Shown here piece after piece: positions 47,597 through 62,027 of a DNA stretch of 64,000 nucleotides. How positions within the stretch are numbered: the stretch's first letter is position 1; each line of letters starts with the position of its first letter. The stretch comes from Eledone cirrhosa (Eukaryota): contig OZ024741.1 in assembly GCA_964016885.1 (NCBI GenBank), positions 306,156,001 to 306,220,000 of the forward strand, given 5' to 3'. A model generated the notes under the pieces. That model ran no database searches. It saw nothing but the letters and a program-made list of their open reading frames with translations, and was not told the DNA's origin. Both the position numbers and the translations under genes were made by a program.

Positions 47597-49632
47597 TGTA
47601 CCAAGAGTTGCCTCCCTTATCACCAGTAGCGCTCTCTAGACAGGAAGTAGCTGGAGTTACTTCCCGTTGAGGTGGTAGAACCTTCTTTGTCACTTCCGTC
47701 CTGGGACCCTATAAGGGAGAGAGCTCAGAGCTATTTCCCTCTCTTCTAACCTGCCTGGCCCTTCGGCCAGGCGCGTTCGCCGAGGCTATACTCTCTGGCA
47801 ACCTGAACATGGTAATGTAAAGACCACTTGGTCTCTTGCGAGATGACTTCAAAACGGTAATACAACTAACTTTAATTCATTCTTTCATCTCTCTTGGCAT
47901 GTCAACTATTCTGCTCTACATAACTCAACCTTGTTAAATAAACATTGTACATACCACCGAGTGTCTGTTATGTTCACACAACCCAGTGTCGCTGTTATAA
48001 GTGGTGGCCCCGAGAAAAAAATAATAGGATCTGGTGTTGTGTGAATGTAAAAAAAAAAAAAGAAAATTAATTAGCAGTACTTCAAAAGAAAAAATTCCTC
48101 TAACAACATTCCACATGGATTTTTTCTACAACGAAAAATAGAAGTAATCTTTTTCTCAGCAGCAAACAAACAAGAAAAAATTTTGTTCTTCACCTAACGT
48201 GTTTACATCGTTTAAATGTGTTTCACTCACTCGAAATATCCCATCACTTTCAAAAAAAAAATTGAACTCTCGCCATATGCAAAGCCTTTCCTTCTTTTTC
48301 ATGATATTATCACGTTCACACACACATTTTTCAAAATGGCTGCCAACGACCTGTTGCACTATCATTTTCGCGCCATTTTCTCGCGCAATAGAAATATTTT
48401 TTATTCAACTTGACTTTAACCTTGTGGCACCACACATCTTGACTCACTGAGATAACACATGCCATAGATAATGTTTATTGCCAAGGATTATCCAGCCTTA
48501 AGCTATATTCTCCTACTTGCCGCTTTAAAAATTTACCACGTAAATTTGCCGTTGAAAACTGCGCATTTATTCAGAATGATTATTTCCTTGGTCGCTGGCC
48601 TCTTGACCCTTCCAGGTCAACGCGTTCTCAACATCAGCCATCAACTTTGGCTGTTATTTCTAGCACTTTGCGCAACTCATTTTTTCTGGGAAACTTTTTA
48701 CTGTGAATGGAAATAACATCGAATAGGCTCACTCCGCGAGACAACAACAACACAGCTTCATCTTTGCTTTATCAACAAACAAAACACAGAGAATTTATTT
48801 TTGCAGCACTCTTCCTGTGAGAAAATCCGACCAGCCTTCGGAGGTTGAGAATTTCACGTTGTACCGCAGTTCAGAGACCACCTGCATACATTCTCTGGAG
48901 GACACACTTTCTTTCCTGCTGTCACCTGTGAACTGTATTTTGAACATTTGAACCTTTTTTTAATAACTATGTTCGAGCACGTTTCTTTCCTCCTTTGACC
49001 TCTTCTTTTAGGTTGATTACACTGTATTTTGTGTGATGGATAGATAGATGTCCAGTCGTTCTCTGGCCAAGAGGGGTTGGTTACCTTGATATCTATCATT
49101 GATTTTTGCATGCTTATATTTTGTTGTTTTCCTTTTATTGCAAACATTATCTTTTTTGTAATTTTCATGCCTGGACTTGTTACATGCTCGCCATCTTACT
49201 TCATACATGGTTCATTCGATTTTTATGCTTTAAAAATCTGGCGGGAGATAATGTAGCAAGAGTTGCCTCCCTTATCACCAGTAGCGCTCTCTAGACAGGA
49301 AGTAGCTGGAGTTACTTCCCGTTGAGGTGGCAGAACCTTCTTTGTCACTTCCGTCCTGGGACCCTATAAGGGAGAGAGTTCAGCGCTATCTCCCTCTCTT
49401 CTAACCTGCCTGGCCCTTCGGTCAGGCGCGTTCGCCGAGGCTATACTCTCTGGCAACCTGAACATGGTAAGGTAAATGACTTCAAAACGGTAATACAACT
49501 AACTTTAATTCATTCTTTCATCTCTCTTAGCATGTCAACTATTCTGCTCTACATAACTCAACCTTGTTAAATAAACATTGTACATACCACCGAGTGTCTG
49601 TTATGTTCACACAACCCAGTGTCGCTGTTATA
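47597..49632 (+). mobile_element. Small non-autonomous LTR retrotransposon (LTRs 47597-47999 and 49252-49632)
   Basis: Direct repeats starting TGTA; PBS-like TGGTGGCCCC just after the 5' LTR; purine-rich ggcgggagataa before the 3' LTR; no pol ORF; inserted in (TA)n. Confidence 0.85.
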
Positions 49633-49871
49633 TATATATATAATAGATAGATTGATAGAAAGATAGTCAAACAGACATATAGATAGGTAGGATGGTAGAT
49701 ATCTTTCCCTTCTCCACCCATCGTCCTTGCATTGACTTCAGACACCGGTTAAAAGAAAATCAGAACACCACTAAGGCACCCGGGAGTTTGTTTATTTATA
49801 TACACTTAAGAAGAAAAAGAAATATTTTTATATGGATGTGTGCGCGTATAACGGTCTAGCTGGGTACAAAC

Positions 49872-49974
<103 letters not shown>

Positions 49975-50017
49975 AGATATATTATACATACATACATGTA
50001 TGTATATATATACATAC

Positions 50018-50098
<81 letters not shown>

Positions 50099-50263
50099 GA
50101 GATATCCACGGTAAGTTGTGGGGTCCAGTCTGCATGAAGAACTCAATGTAATCCATATGTTGAAAATGTTGTAGGTTAAAATAAATCCCAGTGATTAAAT
50201 GTTAAAATAAATCGTCAGTGATTAAATGTTTAAAAGATTAAACATTCTTTGATTATCATTTAA

Positions 50264-50301
<38 letters not shown>

Positions 50302-51545
50302 AATATATATATATATATATATAGGAACGAGTAGGACCCCGACTAGGAAATAAGTTTAATTATTTGGAAGCTCGACGATGCGTGTTAGGTAAAAATGCCA
50401 AGGCAATAAGAAAGTAGGTAGAGAAATAAAAGGACACAGTAAACTGGCGCAGTCTGTCACGAACCCAGGTTCTGCTGCACTTCGGGCCGAAGAGGGTAAA
50501 CTCTCCAAATATCGGTCACTCTCCGACAGGTTTGTGGTCGAGCCCGTAACAGTGGAAACTTCTGGTGTCCTTGGCTTTAGATCCACCTCCCTACTCACCA
50601 ACATCGGCACAGAGTTGGCTACCCGCAGGTGTGAGTCTCGCTAGCTGGAATGGCTCTTCCAGTGCGTCTCCCTCACCATCCTCCGAGGAAACGCCTTCTC
50701 TATTCTGTCCGCCTGTGCCGCGGGGCGCCAGCGCGTACGCCCACCATTTGTTCATAATAGTGAGATATTGGGAGAGCGAAAGAGACGGAAGCAGCAATAG
50801 TGGGTGTTTGTTTCTATTGTGTTCGGACCTGGCATATATGTATATATTTATTTACCATCCACTGCCTCTTTCCTATACAAAAGTTTTACTGTACAGGAGT
50901 AAACTGAAATAAAAGTGAGGACTAGAAAATTACTTGAGCAATTTTTAATGGTCCTAAATATTTTCCGCTTTCCCATCCATTATCAAGTGGAGTCCGTAGG
51001 GGGACCTCAGAGAGAGATACCCGAGAAATGTCGTGGGTGGTGGTTCGATATAATTTGAATGAAAAAACGTTAACGTTTAATGTGGTTTGCGTGTGTGTAT
51101 AAGGAGACTGTGTGTGGGTATGTATATGATATGTGTGCATGTGTAGTAAGAAACAGATTTTTATTTGGTAATGGAGTAAAAGGTGTGTGAGCATAGTTGG
51201 TCTGCAATTTTTTTTTTTTTTTTTTTGTCAGCTAGATGACCACTTAAAGTCGATAAGGAATGTTACTGCTGCGAGCATTAGTCAAATCAAACTAGGTTAA
51301 GAAACGAACGTCCGTTAGACCAGGCAGCTGGGATGTTGGCACGATGGTATATTTAGGTTGGACCATTTAAATTAGCCATTGTGCATTCTAAATATGGCGA
51401 GTGGAATCAATTTCAATGAGCTGAGACCAACTCACAATTAAAGGGCCGAAATTCTCTTTGGAGTTTTCAAATACAGAAACACGACTAAGGGAGCAAATTC
51501 CTACAGTCAGAGATGACCCAATGCACTATGAATGAACTTGTGAGT

Positions 51546-51601
<56 letters not shown>

Positions 51602-51689
51602 ATAAAATACAATTTTGCGAAATTGCACGCTAGTAAGGTAGCTGACGAGGTAAAGATGCAGCAGTGGTTTGTCTCTTATGCAACTGTGT

Positions 51690-51775
<86 letters not shown>

Positions 51776-51827
51776 GTATGTATACACATGCATACACACA
51801 CACATTTACATAAGTCAAACAGACAGC

Positions 51828-51871
<44 letters not shown>

Positions 51872-51890
51872 GCTCTACATGGCTGAATAC

Positions 51891-52556
51891 AATAAATGTA
51901 ATCTGAGTTTTTCGAATATTAATAATAATATTCGATTGGTTTACAATTATGCAAACAAGCCTCATTTTCAAAGCCTTATCAGTAGAATGAACACTTCATT
52001 CTTGCTCTTGTGTTGGCATGTAAACAGAACTACAGACGCTAATGTTTCTGGGTATGACCCTTCATCAATACAGCTCACTGTTCACCTGCCAACTGTCAGA
52101 GCTAGTGTCGGCAGTTCTGTTTACATGCCAACACAAGAGCAAGAACGAGGGGCTCATTCTACTGACATGTTGCAAAGCCGGGCATTGATCGCTCGTATAC
52201 AGGAAACTGACTAGCCAGTCTGCTGATATGCAAATCTGGCCGATCAGTGGATCTGCTAATATGCAGATCTGACTGATCAGCCAGTCTGATAATATGCTAA
52301 TCAGGCTGATCAGTCACTGTATATTTTAGAAAATATACATTGTCACTAACTCTGACAATTGGCAGGTGAACAGTGAGCTGTACTGATGAAGGGTGATACC
52401 CAGAAACATTAGTGTCTGCAGTTCTGTTTACATGCCAACACAAGAGCAAGAATGAGGGGTTCATTCTACTGACATGGCTTTAAAAATGAGGGTAGTTTGC
52501 ATAATTGCAAACGAATCGAATGTTATTATTAATATTGGAAAAACTCAGATTACATT

Positions 52557-52560
<4 letters not shown>
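51891..52560. mobile_element. Inverted-arm HHR element, family K (HHRs at 52027-52076 - and 52375-52424 +)
   Basis: gagcugua-CUGAUGA-agggu(gau)accca-GAAA-cauuagug-UC-ugcaguuc; the left arm is a diverged reverse complement with a UUGAUGA core. Confidence 0.82.
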
Positions 52561-52590
<30 letters not shown>

Positions 52591-52594
<4 letters not shown>

Positions 52595-55500
52595 TGGAAT
52601 AAATGCTCTGAAATAGCGATATATATGTGAATATAGACATAGAATATTCGAAAATATTCTGTATGTTTATAATAAACATTTTGAAGACCTAATCGCTATA
52701 GAATAGAATACGTCACGTATTACAATTAGATTCTCGATAAAAGCAAGGGAAGTAAATCTACGCGTTTCATTCTTATTAGAAATCGTCAGGACTACATATC
52801 CAGTGCTTTTATCGAGAATGACACAGCTAGAGACTTATAGAATACTTAGCTGTGTACAGGAACTGGTTTGAAAGAGCGGTTGCCGGTCCGGCAGAAATTA
52901 GAAATTGGAATAAATGCTCTGAAATAGCGATATATATGTGAATATAGACATAGAATATTCGAAAATATTCTGTATGTTTATAATAAACATTTTGAAGACC
53001 TAATCGCTATAGAATAGAATACGTCACGTATTACAATTAGATTCTCGATAAAAGCAAGGGAAGTAAATCTACGCGTTTCATTCTTATTAGAAATCGTCAG
53101 GACTACATATCCAGTGCTTTTATCGAGAATGACACAGCTAGAGACTTATAGAATACTTAGCTGTGTACAGGAACTGGTTTGAAAGAGCGGTTGCCGGTCC
53201 GGCAGAAATTAGAAATTGGAATAAATGCTCTGAAATAGCGATATATATGTGAATATAGACATAGAATATTCGAAAATATTCTGTATGTTTATAATAAACA
53301 TTTTGAAGACCTAATCGCTATAGAATAGAATACGTCACGTATTACAATTAGATTCTCGATAAAAGCAAGGGAAGTAAATCTACGCGTTTCATTCTTATTA
53401 GAAATCGTCAGGACTACATATCCAGTGCTTTTATCGAGAATGACACAGCTAGAGACTTATAGAATACTTAGCTGTGTACAGGAACTGGTTTGAAAGAGCG
53501 GTTGCCGGTCCGGCAGAAATTAGAAATTGGAATAAATGCTCTGAAATAGCGATATATATGTGAATATAGACATAGAATATTCGAAAATATTCTGTATGTT
53601 TATAATAAACATTTTGAAGACCTAATCGCTATAGAATAGAATACGTCACGTATTACAATTAGATTCTCGATAAAAGCAAGGGAAGTAAATCTACGCGTTT
53701 CATTCTTATTAGAAATCGTCAGGACTACATATCCAGTGCTTTTATCGAGAATGACACAGCTAGAGACTTATAGAATACTTAGCTGTGTACAGGAACTGGT
53801 TTGAAAGAGCGGTTGCCGGTCCGGCAGAAATTAGAAATTGGAATAAATGCTCTGAAATAGCGATATATATGTGAATATAGACATAGAATATTCGAAAATA
53901 TTCTGTATGTTTATAATAAACATTTTGAAGACCTAATCGCTATAGAATAGAATACGTCACGTATTACAATTAGATTCTCGATAAAAGCAAGGGAAGTAAA
54001 TCTACGCGTTTCATTCTTATTAGAAATCGTCAGGACTACATATCCAGTGCTTTTATCGAGAATGACACAGCTAGAGACTTATAGAATACTTAGCTGTGTA
54101 CAGGAACTGGTTTGAAAGAGCGGTTGCCGGTCCGGCAGAAATTAGAAATTGGAATAAATGCTCTGAAATAGCGATATATATGTGAATATAGACATAGAAT
54201 ATTCGAAAATATTCTGTATGTTTATAATAAACATTTTGAAGACCTAATCGCTATAGAATAGAATACGTCACGTATTACAATTAGATTCTCGATAAAAGCA
54301 AGGGAAGTAAATCTACGCGTTTCATTCTTATTAGAAATCGTCAGGACTACATATCCAGTGCTTTTATCGAGAATGACACAGCTAGAGACTTATAGAATAC
54401 TTAGCTGTGTACAGGAACTGGTTTGAAAGAGCGGTTGCCGGTCCGGCAGAAATTAGAAATTGGAATAAATGCTCTGAAATAGCGATATATATGTGAATAT
54501 AGACATAGAATATTCGAAAATATTCTGTATGTTTATAATAAACATTTTGAAGACCTAATCGCTATAGAATAGAATACGTCACGTATTACAATTAGATTCT
54601 CGATAAAAGCAAGGGAAGTAAATCTACGCGTTTCATTCTTATTAGAAATCGTCAGGACTACATATCCAGTGCTTTTATCGAGAATGACACAGCTAGAGAC
54701 TTATAGAATACTTAGCTGTGTACAGGAACTGGTTTGAAAGAGCGGTTGCCGGTCCGGCAGAAATTAGAAATTGGAATAAATGCTCTGAAATAGCGATATA
54801 TATGTGAATATAGACATAGAATATTCGGAAATATTCTGTATGTTTATAATAAACATTTTGAAGACCTAATCGCTATAGAATAGAATACGTCACGTATTAC
54901 AATTAGATTCTCGATAAAAGCAAGGGAAGTAAATCTACGCGTTTCATTCTTATTAGAAATCGTCAGGACTACATATCCAGTGCTTTTATCGAGAATGACA
55001 CAGCTAGAGACTTATAGAATACTTAGCTGTGTACAGGAACTGGTTTGAAAGAGCGGTTGCCGGTCCGGCAGAAATTAGAAATTGGAATAAATGCTCTGAA
55101 ATAGCGATATATATGTGAATATAGACATAGAATATTCGAAAATATTCTGTATGTTTATAATAAACATTTTGAAGACCTAATCGCTATAGAATAGAATACG
55201 TCACGTATTACAATTAGATTCTCGATAAAAGCAAGGGAAGTAAATCTACGCGTTTCATTCTTATTAGAAATCGTCAGGACTACATATCCAGTGCTTTTAT
55301 CGAGAATGACACAGCTAGAGACTTATAGAATACTTAGCTGTGTACAGGAACTGGTTTGAAAGAGCGGTTGCCGGTCCGGCAGAAATTAGAAATTGGAATA
55401 AATGCTCTGAAATAGCGATATATATGTGAATATAGACATAGAATATTCGAAAATATTCTGTATGTTTATAATAAACATTTTGAAGACCTAATCGCTATAG

Positions 55501-56390
55501 AATAGAATACGTCACGTATTACAATTAGATTCTCGATAAAAGCAAGGGAAGTAAATCTACGCGTTTCATTCTTATTAGAAATCGTCAGGACTACATATCC
55601 AGTGCTTTTATCGAGAATGACACAGCTAGAGACTTATAGAATACTTAGCTGTGTACAGGAACTGGTTTGAAAGAGCGGTTGCCGGTCCGGCAGAAATTAG
55701 AAATTGGAATAAATGCTCTGAAATAGCGATATATATGTGAATATAGACATAGAATATTCGAAAATATTCTGTATGTTTATAATAAACATTTTGAAGACCT
55801 AATCGCTATAGAATAGAATACGTCACGTATTACAATTAGATTCTCGATAAAAGCAAGGGAAGTAAATCTACGCGTTTCATTCTTATTAGAAATCGTCAGG
55901 ACTACATATCCAGTGCTTTTATCGAGAATGACACAGCTAGAGACTTATAGAATACTTAGCTGTGTACAGGAACTGGTTTGAAAGAGCGGTTGCCGGTCCG
56001 GCAGAAATTAGAAATTGGAATAAATGCTCTGAAATAGCGATATATATGTGAATATAGACATAGAATATTCGAAAATATTCTGTATGTTTATAATAAACAT
56101 TTTGAAGACCTAATCGCTATAGAATAGAATACGTCACGTATTACAATTAGATTCTCGATAAAAGCAAGGGAAGTAAATCTACGCGTTTCATTCTTATTAG
56201 AAATCGTCAGGACTACATATCCAGTGCTTTTATCGAGAATGACACAGCTAGAGACTTATAGAATACTTAGCTGTGTACAGGAACTGGTTTGAAAGAGCGG
56301 TTGCCGGTCCGGCAGAAATTAGAAATTGGAATAAATGCTCTGAAATAGCGATATATATGTGAATATAGACATAGAATATTCGAAAATATT
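52591..56390 (-). repeat. 311-bp tandem array, 12 full units plus 68 bp; one HHR per unit
   Basis: aaattggaataaatgc at 52591, 52902, 53213 ... 56323. I see only one substitution (A>G at 54828). Confidence 0.97.
52752..52795 (-). ncRNA. Minimal type I hammerhead ribozyme of the 311-bp unit (first of 16 copies)
   Basis: guaguc-CUGACGA-uuucu(aaua)agaau-GAAA-cgcg-UA-gauuuac, enclosed by a perfect 16-bp inverted repeat (52730-52745 / 52804-52819). Confidence 0.88.
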
Positions 56391-57705
56391 TCTATAGCGA
56401 TTAGGTCTTCAAAATGTTTATTATAAACATACAGAATATTTTCGAATATTCTATGTCTATATTCACATATATATCGCTATTTCAGAGCATTTATTCCAAT
56501 TTCTAATTTCTGCCGGACCGGCAACCGCTCTTTCAAACCAGTTCCTGTACACAGCTAAGTATTCTATAAGTCTCTAGCTGTGTCATTCTCGATAAAAGCA
56601 CTGGATATGTAGTCCTGACGATTTCTAATAAGAATGAAACGCGTAGATTTACTTCCCTTGCTTTTATCGAGAATCTAATTGTAATACGTGACGTATTCTA
56701 TTCTATAGCGATTAGGTCTTCAAAATGTTTATTATAAACATACAGAATATTTTCGAATATTCTATGTCTATATTCACATATATATCGCTATTTCAGAGCA
56801 TTTATTCCAATTTCTAATTTCTGCCGGACCGGCAACCGCTCTTTCAAACCAGTTCCTGTACACAGCTAAGTATTCTATAAGTCTCTAGCTGTGTCATTCT
56901 CGATAAAAGCACTGGATATGTAGTCCTGACGATTTCTAATAAGAATGAAACGCGTAGATTTACTTCCCTTGCTTTTATCGAGAATCTAATTGTAATACGT
57001 GACGTATTCTATTCTATAGCGATTAGGTCTTCAAAATGTTTATTATAAACATACAGAATATTTTCGAATATTCTATGTCTATATTCACATATATATCGCT
57101 ATTTCAGAGCATTTATTCCAATTTCTAATTTCTGCCGGACCGGCAACCGCTCTTTCAAACCAGTTCCTGTACACAGCTAAGTATTCTATAAGTCTCTAGC
57201 TGTGTCATTCTCGATAAAAGCACTGGATATGTAGTCCTGACGATTTCTAATAAGAATGAAACGCGTAGATTTACTTCCCTTGCTTTTATCGAGAATCTAA
57301 TTGTAATACGTGACGTATTCTATTCTATAGCGATTAGGTCTTCAAAATGTTTATTATAAACATACAGAATATTTTCGAATATTCTATGTCTATATTCACA
57401 TATATATCGCTATTTCAGAGCATTTATTCCAATTTCTAATTTCTGCCGGACCGGCAACCGCTCTTTCAAACCAGTTCCTGTACACAGCTAAGTATTCTAT
57501 AAGTCTCTAGCTGTGTCATTCTCGATAAAAGCACTGGATATGTAGTCCTGACGATTTCTAATAAGAATGAAACGCGTAGATTTACTTCCCTTGCTTTTAT
57601 CGAGAATCTAATTGTAATACGTGACGTATTCTATTCTATAGCGATTAGGTCTTCAAAATGTTTATTATAAACATACAGAATATTTTCGAATATTCTATGT
57701 CTATA

Positions 57706-57709
<4 letters not shown>
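56391..57709 (+). repeat. Inverted arm of the 311-bp array, 4 units plus 75 bp
   Basis: Reverse-complement units start at 56391, 56702, 57013, 57324 and 57635; runs into (TA)n. Confidence 0.97.
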
Positions 57710-57742
<33 letters not shown>

Positions 57743-58291
57743 CCTGTCTCATGGTCGGATCGTCGGCGACTAAACCGACAACCAACCAAACGTTGCTTGG
57801 TGAGGATGGTGATATTTGAACACATTGCGGGGTGAGATACAACACCCAGAAAAGGGTGGAGGAACTCAGCAGAGTCAACGGCCATTCAAATAGTACTTTT
57901 TTTTCCACCTGGGAGTGAAAGGCTCCCAGTTGTTGTCACAACACTTTTCTAAGAGAGGGAAACTTTGAAAAAAAACCTGAGACTTCGGAAGCATCCGATG
58001 ATGTTGACCAGTTCTCTTTTTAGGGTAATGTTTTCGATGCTCAGGGAGTGGGATTGGTCGAGTGCAAGGCCTTTCCCCACTTAAAAAAACATTCAAAGCA
58101 CAGGCATTGCTTCTTCGGGATCTGTTACAGGTTCGTGTGACTGGCCGTAGCCTAAAAGTGCACCGTTTTCTGTAATCTGACAAGCGATTGCAATTCTCTT
58201 AGCAGAGTTTGCAGCCATCATATATATAAATACATACATACATACATACATACATACATACATACATACATACATACATACATACATACAT

Positions 58292-60630
58292 GTCCAGACA
58301 AAACAATATGACATAGATGGGTCAATACTGGAAACAGCTCTACAGAAAATGTCGAATAGGAAATCACCAGGCCCAGACGTCATTACAGGATACTGTTTGA
58401 AGAATTTCACTTTCTATCGGCAAGATCTCATACGGCTGTTTACAGAAACCATTAAAGGCACACAAGAACTGCCCAGATGGTTATCAACTGCCACTACTCT
58501 CCTCATTCCCCAAAATAGCCAAACCACCCTTGCTAAAAATTACCGCCCAATAGACTGCCAAAACATCATGTATAAATTATATACTGGGTGCCTTAACCTG
58601 TTCTTACAGGATCACTGTGCTACCAACAACATCATAACACCTGAGCAAGCTGGTGGAAAGAGAGAGGTGTGGGGTTGCATAGATCACCTACTAACTAATA
58701 AAATGATTCAAGAAAAAACAACAAAGAATCGCAGAAACATGACTGTGGTGTGGCTGGACTATCAAAAAGCATTTGATAGTGTACCTCATGGGTGGATTGT
58801 TAAGGCTTTACAGTTAGCCAAAGTCCCACAACCACTGGTAGCTGCTGTTGAACGTCTGACCAAGAACTGCAACACCAATTTGATCCTTAGAGGTGAGAAG
58901 GAGCAAGTTAAGACTGATAAGATACATTACCAGAAGGGCATCTTTCAGGGTGATAGCTTGTCAGTGCTACTCTTCGTTCTCTCACTAAATCCACTATCTT
59001 ACCTACTCAGTAAACAAGGTGGATAAAGAAGTGGGTCCAGAAGTATCTCCCATCTTTTCTTTGTTGATGACCGGAAGTTGTATGGGCCAAATATCAATGA
59101 CATCAAGAAACAATTGGACCTCATTACACGATGTTCAACAGACATCAAAATGAAATTTGCTGAGTCCAAGTGTGCATATTTGGCAGTAAAACGTGGAAGA
59201 GCTGTGCCCTCCTCTAGAAATCTAGAGATGAACGGCCTGACAATACAACCTCTACAGTCAGGTGACAACTACAGATATCTTGGACAGGATGAGAAAACCA
59301 GAACTGAATACCTCAGAAGAGTAAAGAAGATATGGTCATCAGAACTGTCAGCGTACAACAAATACATTGCCCACAATACTTATGCTGTGCCAATTCTAAC
59401 GCCAACATTTGGCCTGCTGAACTGGTCATTGCAAGAACTAAGTGAGATGGATGTTAGAACTCGCAAACTTCTCAGTGTTACTGGGAACTTTAACATCAAT
59501 GGTGATGTGGATAGGCTATACTTCTCACGCAAGAAAGGTGGCCGGGGTCTAAAATCCATATTAACATCATATGAGACCTGGAGACACTGAAGCAACATCT
59601 TCAACAGAGGAAAAAGGTTGGCAACCATCTTGCCCAGGTTTATGAGCATGAAAAAAAAAATGTCATTAGGATAGCCACTGATATGGAGGAGAAATATGGA
59701 ATAAAGCCTGATATAAATCTCTCACCCAGAGAAATCGGAAGATCATATTCAATGTTCAAACAAGATGAAAAAATTGACAAATTGACAGAAAAAGTTGTGC
59801 ATGGATACTTGAGATGTAAAACACAGACCATAGAGGGAATAAACCACTCAAAAAGCCTGACATGGAGTTCCGACAAGTTTATGACATCACACCTTGATGG
59901 ATATCTCTATGCAATACAAGAACTCCCTACCAAATATCTGCTGCACAAAAGGGGAGGGCCATCAGCTGACAATAAATGTAGGCTATGTAAAACAAAGATC
60001 GAGGATGTAAGCCACATTGTTGCCAGCTGCTAAAGAATGTCATCTCGCTACTACCTCCCCATGAAACACAGTGGGATAGCTAGAACCATCTGGAACGCAC
60101 TTCGGAAAACAAAATTAACAACAAACAAAGAAGAATATATTGAGGCAGATGGCACTAAGGAATACTGGTGGAACCTGAAAATAAAAACTGCCACCAAATT
60201 AAAGCACAACCGGCCTGATATTGTTGTTTGGGACCACACATTGAAAAGATGTTCTGTTGTGATCAGCTGCCCACTTGATGTAAACGTTGTCAGAAAAATA
60301 CAGGAGAAGGAAGACATCTACGGACCATTGATGAGGAGTTTACAAATCCAGTATCCAAGATACACCTTTAGCTTCATACCCATCATTATTGGAGCTACGG
60401 GTTATATACCAACCCGCTTGGACCAAAGTATGACTGAACTTGGATTTGCGGACAAAGAGCGCAGCTCCCTAATTCATAGTCTACAAATGGCTGCGATAGC
60501 TGGCACCTTCACAATTTGCAAAACATTCTTGCGATTCAAGGGATGACAATTTCTTTTCTTTTACAACCTTGCCACCAGGAAGGTGGCCGGTCAAAAAAAT
60601 ATACTCGAAATTAAGAGAAAGAGATAACAT
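58292..60630 (+). mobile_element. R4/Dong-clade LINE, 5'-truncated and decayed (second subfamily)
   Basis: KSPGPDVI, WLDYQKAFDSVPH, GIFQGDSLS, CRLC..H.VASC, RPDIVVWD; the 5' junction lies in (CATA)n. Confidence 0.9.
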
Positions 60631-60713
60631 ATATAAAACAAAATTTTGTGAAATTGTATGAAGTAAAGATGCAGATGTCTGTTTGTCTTATTTAAAATGT
60701 GTGTCTGTGTGCG

Positions 60714-60794
<81 letters not shown>

Positions 60795-60900
60795 ACACAG
60801 TTACATAAGAGAAAAACACAGCTGTATATTTTCCTCGTCAACCACCTTACCAGCGTGCAATTTCGCAAAATTGTATTTTATACTTATAAACACACACATA

Positions 60901-60951
<51 letters not shown>

Positions 60952-61315
60952 ATGTATGTATGTATGTATGCATGTAATACATCCATTCAAACATACATAC
61001 ATACATACATACATACATACATACATACATACATACATACATACATACATACATACATACTTCCATTCATACATACATACATACATACATACATACATAC
61101 ATACATACATACATACATACATACATACATACATAAGATTGCAGACTAAAGAGTCTGTTGGAAATAGAATGAATATAAACAACTATTTTTGTAAGTATCT
61201 ATTTTCAATACATATACATGTTCATATAAACACACATTTATATCTGTGTGTGTGGATGCATGTTATTTTATCAATGCATACACACACACATATATACATA
61301 TATATATCTGCAAGC

Positions 61316-61382
<67 letters not shown>

Positions 61383-61459
61383 TATATACATATATATACA
61401 CACATACACACACACATATATATATATACATAAACACACGCACATATATATATACATAA

Positions 61460-61490
<31 letters not shown>

Positions 61491-61533
61491 CATATACATA
61501 AACACACACACACACATATATATATATATACAG

Positions 61534-61564
<31 letters not shown>

Positions 61565-61895
61565 TATGAATATACATATATATACACTTAGATGCACACT
61601 CGCACACTTATATATACATAGAGATAAATACACAAGCAGAGAGACATATGCTGAAAAATTTCCAAAATAAATAAGATGTTCACTTTCATCCCTTTCCCAT
61701 CCAGCTCCTCCCTCTCTGCCCCTCTACCCCCCTTTTACACAAGCACTAACTGCCAGACCTTCTCCCCCTCCTTAGGTTTTGCTAGACCTTTCTTCTCCTA
61801 TTACATATCCCCTCCAGTCATTCTTTGGCTGGGAATGTGAAAGAACCTCATTCTTTACTTACTAGATTACTAGAGAGGACCAGATAACCTTTTAC

Positions 61896-61979
<84 letters not shown>

Positions 61980-61981
61980 CC

Positions 61982-62027
<46 letters not shown>

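Noticed and set aside
50320-51230. GC-richer island with ORF 50565-50912; similarly 57742-58220 and 18200-18800
   Set aside because: No recognisable domain, termini or second copy; probably TE remnants, but I cannot support a call.
51600-51692. Short repeat containing ctgacgag, also at about 60632-60695 and 60792-60885
   Set aside because: A real dispersed repeat beside (GA)n, but it has no GAAA core; left unclassified.
52591-57709. Array as a fold-back sequencing chimera or plain centromeric satellite
   Set aside because: The outer flanks are different sequences, and the same architecture recurs in seven small elements. Copy number still needs read support.
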